Shown one piece after another: positions 55,051-64,000 of a DNA stretch of 64,000 nt. The stretch spans positions 1,949,292 through 2,013,291 of the forward strand of contig OZ287694.1 of NCBI GenBank assembly GCA_965649825.1, read 5' to 3'. Origin of the DNA: Penicillus capitatus. Taxonomy: Eukaryota; Plantae; Chlorophyta. Both the position numbers and the translations under genes were made by a program. The first letter of the stretch is position 1, and the number at the start of each line of letters is the position of its first letter. The notes below the pieces were generated by a model. The model was given only the letters and a program-made list of their open reading frames with translations, was not told the origin of the DNA and did no database searches.

Positions 55051-58000
55051 TGTGCCCGACACGGGCACTGTCCGTCGCCACAGGTATCGAAGGAATTCCT
55101 CCACATCTGTTTGCAAACGCAACCTTAGCGTCGCGCCATTGGCAGGCAGAGTTGGGTTACTTGAAGTCAACTGTCGAGGCCGGAGATAAAGGCTGTTTCG
55201 CCGTGGTTTTTTAATACATCGTTGCTGACACATGTGACTTAATACTTGGTGAGATACGCAACCGCAGCCGTCGCATCGTCGCATCATCAGCAACCGCCGA
55301 TGATCGGGCCTTATCAGCCAGTGCTGACAGTGTATCTGGATCGAGCATGGCGGTCACTGTCCACTGCACAGGAGGGGTGCTTACTACCACGATGCTTGTC
55401 AGCTCCCTTCGTCCGTCGCTGAAGATACAAACGGCCTGGACTGTCCGAATACGTGCGACAGTAATGGGCACACCATTGATGCTCTTGCGGAGAATCTGAA
55501 GAGGACGGCGACTGTTCTCTGTCTCTCAGTCCGATAACGACCTCCATTAGCCGAACTCGTAGGATCCTTTTCCCTGACAGACGCGAGCACCTCTGGCGAG
55601 GAAGCGATTCATCTGGAGAGAGACGCCCAGCGGAGATATCCTCTTGGACTGCCGTCTCGAAGAGGGTAAGAAGTAGCAAAGAGTTCACCCATCGCTCTTT
55701 GTAGATCTCGTCCTGCTTGGCAGTGGAACTTAGAAGGGGCTCTCGGCTGACAAAGAAACACCGTCGCCCGGGGAGCTCTGGGAAGCGGATCCTGCGCATG
55801 CCGATTCTCGGAGTCGACCTCGGCCGAAACAGCAGGACGCAGATCATCGTCCGACACCCACCCGATCCGCGCCTCTGTCCGCAGAGGTAAGACGTCACAT
55901 CACGACCAAAACCAGCTGTCCTATGGCAGAACGACGGCCGACTGCCACGCGTCGAACAATGACGGACAGTGCGTCGAAGTGTCGTACAGCTTCACACTTG
56001 TCCCACGTCGACCTCAACAGCCTGCCTTCGAGAAAAGCCTGACCTATGGCACAGCGACCCGCCGACAGTGCTGTATGGTGCAATCCTGTCACTGAGGCTC
56101 TGAGCGCTGGCCCAGTTTTACAGTGACACCCACTCGCGCCTGGACGCTCAGTTTCAGTGGTCCGCTACGAGCTGAAGGAATGTCACAGCTTCATGGCGTC
56201 TTTGCTCAGCGAGGCGGCTTCCCTTCACGCAATCCATCTCGCTCTTCTGTCGCACTTTTACGCTCAGATATCCCCATCTCAAACACTCGGCTGCGGCGAA
56301 CGCGCACGTTCGCCTTCTGCCGAAGCAGCTGCCTGCGTCGTTCTCGTGCCGGCTGATCGTCCCCTTCATTCCTGTCACACCATACCCATACCTATTCTAT
56401 CTCATCCTTCTTCGGATCAGCGCTTCCCTCTGCCCGTCCGTGTCAGAACACACGGTTGTACGACGCGACGGTCGTTGTGCTGTTCAGTCCACTCCTGTAT
56501 CGGTCCGTCCTTGCGCTCTCCGTCCAGTGCGCTCTGGAGTCTCCCTCCAGCCAGCCATTGTGACCGGAGCGTCCTTTGGTCTCGCCGACCGCCTTGTTCG
56601 GCGACCTTTCGACGACACGCCTCCATCCGTGGCGTCGAATTTCGCCTCTTCGAGGCGTCGGTCTTCTCATGCCCTCTCCCCATCGCTTCCTTCACAGCAC
56701 GAGTGAAATGTCCGCTGCTTCGACGGTTCATCGTCGAGGTGAATTCGAAACGTGTCACTGCTTAACGCGTGCTCACTCTTTTTCCTCTGCAGTGGCAGAG
56801 ACGGAGGAGAATCGAGATGGAGTCAAACAACACGTCACATGCAACGGTACGGCTGTCATAGCTTGGCAGAGGAGACGGATGGAATGCCAGACATCTCTCA
56901 GACGGGGCGCCGGTGCGAACGACTGGAAAGTTATGAAGCTCTACGATGCTGCTCGAATCACTCTGTCCACTGGGGAAACGATGCCGAGAAGCGGCGAGAA
57001 TTTTACGTTCCCCTTGTTCGATGAAGCAATGCAGATTCAGTCACCATTGCAGAGCCGACAGTCATCAGGATCGAGGCTCCAGACTGAGACGCCATCGAGC
57101 TCGAGAGGAGCATCCTTATCGAACACCCGACCAGACGCGAAGCGGTTGCTTTCTTGGATCTCGCTGCCCTGCACTCGCCACCACTACACCGATTCTCGCT
57201 GGCCGGTGGCACCGACGGCAAGCGTTACACATAACACGACGCGCATCCTCGACTGGAATGCGAAGGCGGCGGCGATATGAAGCTGATCCGTCGCCTCGCT
57301 TTCAAAATGGTCCGTCCAGATGACCGCAAGTTCTGCAATCGATTCCTGAGCACGTCTCGCCATTTGCGGGAGATCGTGCGGAGCTGGTGGTCCGATGCTG
57401 CTCACTTGCTTGTATCCCGCGTTTTGACCGCTATCGATGCTCTATGAACAGGAACTCCATTCCATTCCACTCGACTGTCTTGCGCCCGGCGCCCGCCCAG
57501 TCCGGTGCCGCATTTATTGTTTTTCGCTTTATACATGCGCATCGTCTCGTGCACCATTGACACCTGTCTTTGTAATGCGCCGCCAAGAGATACTTGTGAG
57601 CAAAGTACTGCTTGCTTTACGATGACGCCGGCGGCGTCTCGATGAACCTGTCGTGTCATGAAGTAACCGTTGTGTAGGGCGACGTTCCTATTGCCTAGAG
57701 ATCTCTGTTGCTTCTCTCCATCGACGAAAGGCTGCCCTCTGGCGTGCGCGTTGTGGACACGTCGCAACGTTCAGCGAGCGAGGGGCTCAGAAAGATGGCC
57801 GCCGTATCCGTCTGTCGTCCGGCAAAATTGAGGCCGTTAGATGATGTGGACGCATACAGCTGGGAAGAGGAACGGACGCGTTCGATTCTCGTGACACCGC
57901 ATCTGGAGAACCGCCACAGAAGATGGGGCACAAAGCGCTGGCTGACCCATAAGTCAGAACGCAGAAAAGTGGATTCCCGACCGACCCGCCGCACTGCAAG

Positions 58001-60229
58001 TCTCAGCGACGCCAAGCACTCGCCCCAAAGGCCTTGCGTCTCTCACACGACTCATAGCATCTCACTCTTCCAATGGTCTTCGACGCTCGCCCTCGAGGTG
58101 TGTGCCGCAAATCTTGGACGCTTCGTCCGGCTGGACGCGTTCCTTGACTGCCGTCCGTTTGCAGGGATGCCTGTTCGAAAGGCCAAAAAGCCTCAGCCGC
58201 TTCGGTAGGCCTTCATCGCGGCGCCCCTTCCCACGTCGTTCGCTTTCTAGTTCAAACCCCGCGACGGATTCCTTCCAGCGAATGCAAATGGATGTGGCGA
58301 ATGGAAACGCTGTTGATGAGCGACGCCGTTGCGAGGTCGTACTGCCGCCGTCTGAGAAGAACGGCCACCGTCGCGACGGGCTTCGTGCGCACCGAACGAA
58401 CGACGGCACGACGCTGTGTTCTGCACCTGAGCCTCCCAGCTGCACCGACCGATTCCCAACGCAGTTCTGCGGTACCTCCCTCATACGCAGCTCTGCCTTA
58501 GACGGATATGTGATTTCGTAGACATGCGAGCGCCTTCGGCCGAAAAACGCACTGCAGCACTGCTGAACAGCATCCTTCCTGTCACGCTCAATCCCGCGGT
58601 TGCGTTTTTCTCGCTGTCTTTGACCGCGATGCTGACGAGTGCCTCTGCAGGAGACGAAACTGCCAAACGAGGTGCGGGGCGTCCTGCATGGTGGTGGTCG
58701 TACGTAACGTCACATCGCGAAGCCGGTAGAGGCAGACGAAGAGAAACGCCGAGTCGGACAAGACCTCTGCCTGCGACGGTACAGACGAACAGATTGATCG
58801 ACAGACAACGACGCTGTTTCGAAAACGGACAGACGCCCCGCTTCGCCCTTCTGTATCCATAAGTTTTTTTCTGATCCCATCCGACCTGTCACATCGCGAT
58901 GTTCGATCGATCCGTGGCGCCGTCGACGACGACAGACAAGAAAGCGAATGCATTTTGTTGGGTTCAGGCACAGAGAAGGCCGTCAGGTTCCTTCGTGGCG
59001 CTCTGCTGTGGGTGAGCCAGTCAAGAGTCCCAAGCCCCAAGAATGCGTCAAGGCGATCGAGCCAAGGAGGTCATCTGTGCGCCGATACATATGAATGCTC
59101 AAGATTGTGCACGTGCGATGCCACGTCACGACATCCACTTCGACAAAAACGGAAGAAATCAATCGATCCGACGGAAAGCGACAGGTGGAGAGACAGGTTG
59201 AATAAAGAACGGTCGCCAAAAGATGGATAGATGCGGCGCCGTCGAAGGATTGTGCGATTCGGTTCGCAACGGATGGACATCTGGACGTTCGGTTTTCTCC
59301 ACGAAGGGATCTTCTGCCAGGAGTGGTCCCCCTCTTCGAGTTCCATGTCGCCTTAAAAACAGCATATCAACGAAAGTGATGGAGGTGCCGCTCAGCGTCT
59401 ATAGGAGAAAAGAGTGAGACAATGAATAAGATGCTTAGAGGCGGTGACATGCCGTTCTGTGGCGGAATCACTGCTCAGCTTTTTTGATGGAGCAGACGAA
59501 AGGACGACATCGGAATGTCTCAAGAGAGACGCTTCAGGATCATCCCTAAACCAGAAGAGTGAGACTGGCGCGTTTAAGCAAAGGTGTGACAGACCCGGAC
59601 AGGACTGGATGTGGTGGATCGCGAACGGTCACCCCTACAGCGGTAATGTCTCATCAATTGTCGTTCTCTGCGCCGCGTCGAAGGCGCGCGGATGGAGACA
59701 GTCGTCGAGGAATGCGGCCGTGCGTCGTGCTCGACTCTGGTTGGACTTTGGAGAAGCGTCCTTCTCTCGTCGCGGTACACACGCCAACATCCTCCTCTCC
59801 CCGCGGATGATCCGTCCTTGTGATGTTTGGCTCCCTCGACGAAGCTGCTCGTGTAGTTTGGCGTAGAAACCGACTCTACTGGGCGGAGACGATTTCAGCA
59901 CCGAAACAGCAAGTGGCCTTTCTGTCATGTCCATGCTGCTCATCCATCGTCTATGGCGTTCTTTGTAATGCAAGAGACGATATTACCTAACTGTATTGAC
60001 ACGAGCCATATCGAAGTTTCGAAACAGAACAACGTCTAGCTTGCAGATGATGTTCTTTGTTCGAATAGCCTCTCTTTTATCTTGTTTTCTAGCATTACGT
60101 TATGATGGCGTCATGCTTCTTGTAACGATATGACCTTCCTCTTCAGTTCTTCTTTCTTCCTCGCCTTCGTGACAGTGACAGTATGAAAGGGCGCACCTGT
60201 GCAGCATACGGCGGAAGCGTTTACGCTTA

Positions 60230-61875
60230 ACTGGGTGCAACGTCATCTACTTCTCCTTCACTTGCTTTTCCTTTCGCGTCCTTTTCCATTTTCGCACAAA
60301 CAATGGATCGTCTGTTTGCGCAAATGCTACTGCGGCCGGAGGGAATGAATACCACACGTCCGTTCACGACATGTCTTAGTCGCATTCATACTGGTCTGAC
60401 GATTAGACCCCTCGTAGGAGGAATCGATATTGCTAACGGCGTGCCATACGCGTACGCGCTCTCAACAGGGCGGCGCTGGGGACAATTCAAGGTGAGAAGC
60501 AAGCACGCATCCGTTGTGCATATGTGCTACGTCATGGCAAAAGTGTTGGATTCCGGGCTCGTTATGGGCAGACATGAAGGCGGAATTTCAGTCAACACCA
60601 TTCGGTTTCGGCGGATATCTGTGGTAAGCTATACATTAACTGTTGTGGAAAATGTTTCTTCTGATAATTTCTTTATCTCTTGACAGGATTCTGGGAATGA
60701 AGAGGAATATACGAAGCCACGCAATGTCTATGGAGCTCACTTGCCGTCAAATAGACGCGGATGCTTGGTGCCAGCTGGAGATTGTTCATCCATCTTACGC
60801 ATCGAAGACCATTCGAAAAGGTCACTCAGCAGATGCCGTTCACGTGCACGACTGTGGATGGCCAAGCAGCTAAACGATGGTCATCTCAATCTCCAGAGAG
60901 TTGGATAGAGGAAACGGGGATGACGACAGCCGAGTTGTTCGACGCAGAAAACGGGTATCTTGATGATGACGGTCATCTGTGCATCGCCGTGAAGATTAGT
61001 ATCATCTCTCCAGAAATCGAAAGCCTCATCGTCACGACTCTGAGCAAACCCGTCTCGATCACGGTCACACTCTGTGTTACTTACTCACTTAGACGTGTCG
61101 ATGAGAACGTGGTTTTAGTGGCAACTGCGTTATCTGCAAGAGCTGGTGAATTTTGAAGTGACGTCTAAAGACATCCGCGTGGACGACGCATTGTGGTAAG
61201 CTCATGACGATTGCTCTTTGCGACGCATCCTATGACGACTGACCCACGGTTTCCGCAGGAAACTAAAACTTGCGCGTGCGGACGAAGCCGGGGATGCTGA
61301 CAAGCGTGGCTTCTATTTCCTTCGCGAAGCAAATGCCCTCGCTGACTTCCGTGTCACGATCACGTTACTGAACCGGCACAGCGAACAGCAAAGCATAACA
61401 AAAGGTCGCCTTTATATCTAAGTTCATGTAGCATATGGATCGCAAACGATTCGGTTTTGTGAAGAGTTTGAACGACGGTTTCAACCAGGCTGGCATGGTT
61501 TTGGCAATCGCAATTTTGTTAAAAAGGCAGAACTGCACGATCCGGTGCATGGATTCCTTGAAGATGGATGGATCACTTTCATTGTCTGTATCTGGCCGCA
61601 GGATGCGGTCGATCGATCGCCTCCTGCAACGAGCAGAAGAGATGGAGTGGAAGAGAAATGCGTTTTCTGTCTCGACAGCGATCAGACATCTGGATTTGCT
61701 CATGGAGATACGTGCGTCTCCTGTAGATGCTGCCGATTTCTCTGTTTGACAGTGGGTCTGTTCTAGATCGCACAAGTGCGTCTGCATCGACTGCTGCAAG
61801 CTGCTGCGTGATGCGAAAGCCAACTGTCCGGTGTGCAATGCGAAGGTGGATGCCTATGTCCTCCACTACTACTGA
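60230..61875 (+). CDS. MATH-domain protein with a C-terminal MDM2-type (C2H2C4) RING; putative E3 ligase, multi-exon
   Basis: Spliced MATH: EFQSTPFGFGGYL|ILGMKRNIRSHAMSMELTC...CQLEIVHPSYASKTIRK|...TAELFDAENGYLDDDGHLCIAVKISI. Second MATH end HGFLEDGWITFIVCIW. RING CVFCLDSDQTSGFAHGDT|SHKCVCIDCCKLLRDAKANCPVC, with TGA at 61873-61875. 5' end not resolved. Confidence 0.7.
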
Positions 61876-63559
61876 TTCGCTTGTTAGTGACCCGTTTTAC
61901 CGATTCGCTTTTGTTTTAACGCCTTGGCTTCGCCGGCCTTCACCACATGATGAGAACGCTCGCTCGTTCACCATCGCAGAGGCAATGACACGTCACATCG
62001 CGTCATGCCGCCCGCGCTAACAGTCAAGAGAAAGATGAGAGAGAGTGTACGCGTCATGTGTACGTTCGTATGGAAAAAGCTCGAGGAAGTCGACGACTCA
62101 GTCAAGTAGTCATGTCACAATACACGCAACGGACGAGCACCGGCACGTCCATACTGCCGACATTACATAAGGAACTGCGAATTTGTGTCTAGCAAAGTTC
62201 TTTGATTTTGATTTTAACAGCGCTGCTTCTTCTTTCACACATTACGGTGTGAGACAGCATCCGGAATGTTGATAAAAGACGATCATCAATCATTATTCAT
62301 GACTTATGTTTTTGCGATGGCCGCCTTACATTTTTTTGAGTTTGTAGTCACGCTATGCGTGAAGCTAGCCTGCATGGTTTCTGAGCGAGGTTCGGCGGCA
62401 GGTTTTGCAGGTGTCGCGTTGTCACTAAGGTACGCGGTTCAGACGGTTTGGCCTCAGACGCAGCCAAACGTTGCCGATGCTCCGTTCAGAAGTCAGAGTG
62501 TCTTCCCAGGTGGGGAACGTCCGCGTCCGTAGACTAGAGAGCAAACCCAAAAGGCAGAGGCCTCTGTACTCCGCGATTTGTTGTGAGGACGGTTACCTCT
62601 GGCAGCCTCGAAGACGGCTGAATTCATGCAGAGCGCCTGGTGGTAGACGCTGCAAGTGACTATTCGGCTCCTCAACCTGTTATTTGCCTTCTGTGCTGCG
62701 ATTCTAAGAGGGCAGTGTCGCCGGTCGGCCGCGCAGCGAAAACGAGATAGCAGCGGAAAAACTAACAGTAATCGGAGCAAGGTCTAGAATGATGCAGGTA
62801 GCCCGTTAAATACTCGCGTGGTGACATGACCTCCCTAAGCAGATGAGTCACCACGCTACCAGAACCAAAGAAAAGGGCCATTTGGAAGTTAATGTGCCTA
62901 CGTGACGTGACAACAAGCACCCTTTCCAACAGATGACCCATTGATAACAAGGTAGTTCCATCGCCATGGAAAACTTTGCGACGGGCAGTATCCATGAGGT
63001 CCGCAATCTGTTGTGGATGATCTTCCAGTTCACGACACCCATTGTGATGACACGTTTTCTCGAGGTGGGCTTGACGCCGGTGTCTGAGTTGGTAAGCAGG
63101 AACCGGGGCATGCAAACAAATGCTGCGTCGCCGACTGTTGGGGTCGTGTAAACTTCTCTAGGAACTCAGAGTCAACACGGCACGCAACGAAGACGAAAAC
63201 GACGCGCTCTGACGATAGCACTAGGAAGACGAGATTGTCTTACAACAACTGTCGCCATTATATACTTAGGATGGTTGCGGGTTCCCTAACCTCACGTCTA
63301 ACGGCTGGGAACTTCAGCCTACGCAGAGCAACCATCGTTCGACCGTTATTAAGAAGGGAAGGTCAAAAGCCGACACCCATGCGACCGAAGGTCAGCGCGC
63401 CAGGGTGGTTGCGCGTCGACTCAACCGTTCCGATGGCTGTAGGGAGCGACGTGACATCTACATCTCCTGCACCGACATTAGACACGAATTTGCGTGCGCC
63501 AGTCCCACTGCCGTCCACTTTGATGAGCAACATCGTGAGTTGGAACATTGGTCTTCATG

Positions 63560-63960
63560 AACGGTTACTGGGGAAGCTGGAAATCACTCACCGTTTCGCG
63601 GGCACGCGATTTGTGAAGCTCTTAGAAGCTTTTGATCGGAACGAATGCACTGGAGCTGCTCTAGCCTCTGCAGTTGAATCGATCATCCTAAACACCTGCC
63701 TACCCTGCCTTACGATCAGAAATCGACCACCGCGAGTGAAGGGGAGAAACTGCAGAAAATATGGACCGAGGTCAAGGCTCACCTGGCCAGCCTCATCGTT
63801 GAAGTCGGGGAGAATCTTGACGCTGAAAAGCATCTAATCAATTGCAAGCCCGAGAAGACTGAGACTATGCATGCTTTCGTGGGCAGGTATCAACAAATGA
63901 TGAGAACGGTGTCCAAGTCCGTTCCACTGGAGCGAGCGTGTGAGATTTTGTTGGTTATGT
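63560..63960 (+). mobile_element. Possible frameshifted retrotransposon Gag remnant
   Basis: EKLQKIWTEVKAHLASL...AEKHLINCKPEKTETMHAFVGRYQQM fits the Gag capsid pattern W..(L/V)K..L......A...L....Q...E....F..R(F/Y). No LTR or pol found in the window. Confidence 0.3.
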
Positions 63961-64000
63961 TAAGGTGAGTCCCAAGCTCAAAGTGAGATTGCAGAAATAC

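Noticed and set aside
62760-63150. DHPQQIADLMDTARRKVF as a reverse-transcriptase fragment
   Set aside because: Loose resemblance only; no LDL..GY, PFG or Y(V/I/L)DD motifs nearby.
63532-63560. IVSWNIGL as a LINE APE endonuclease start
   Set aside because: No downstream QET, YAP or GDFN motifs; the following sequence fits Gag better.

Overview
This is eukaryotic nuclear DNA with short spliceosomal introns (about 44-65 nt), most likely from a green alga. That assignment is inferred from the nitrate reductase sequence and the intron style. I see no rRNA, tRNA or CRISPR array. The one clearly conserved housekeeping gene is an intact five-intron assimilatory nitrate reductase (21384-24239). It sits inside what looks like a fast-evolving, immune-like gene island. 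The island's core is three co-oriented paralogous NLR-like genes, each with an unassigned ~450-aa helical N-terminal domain, a NACHT NTPase and a C-terminal array of 37-aa HEAT-like repeats. The arrays have 2, 14 and 17 units, are homogenised within each gene and are hypervariable at fixed positions. Only copy 2 is intact. Copy 1 carries a miniature LTR element, a deletion and a frameshift, and copy 3 has one in-frame TGA. A fourth gene carries the same N-terminal domain without NACHT. Also present are a convergent pair of ankyrin/TRP-like channel genes, several MATH-domain genes and remnants (one ending in an MDM2-type RING), a damaged secreted beta-trefoil plus beta-pore-forming-toxin-like gene, duplicated flanks, minisatellites and retroelement remnants. 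All domain calls come from reading motifs by eye. No database search was run, so novelty is unverified.
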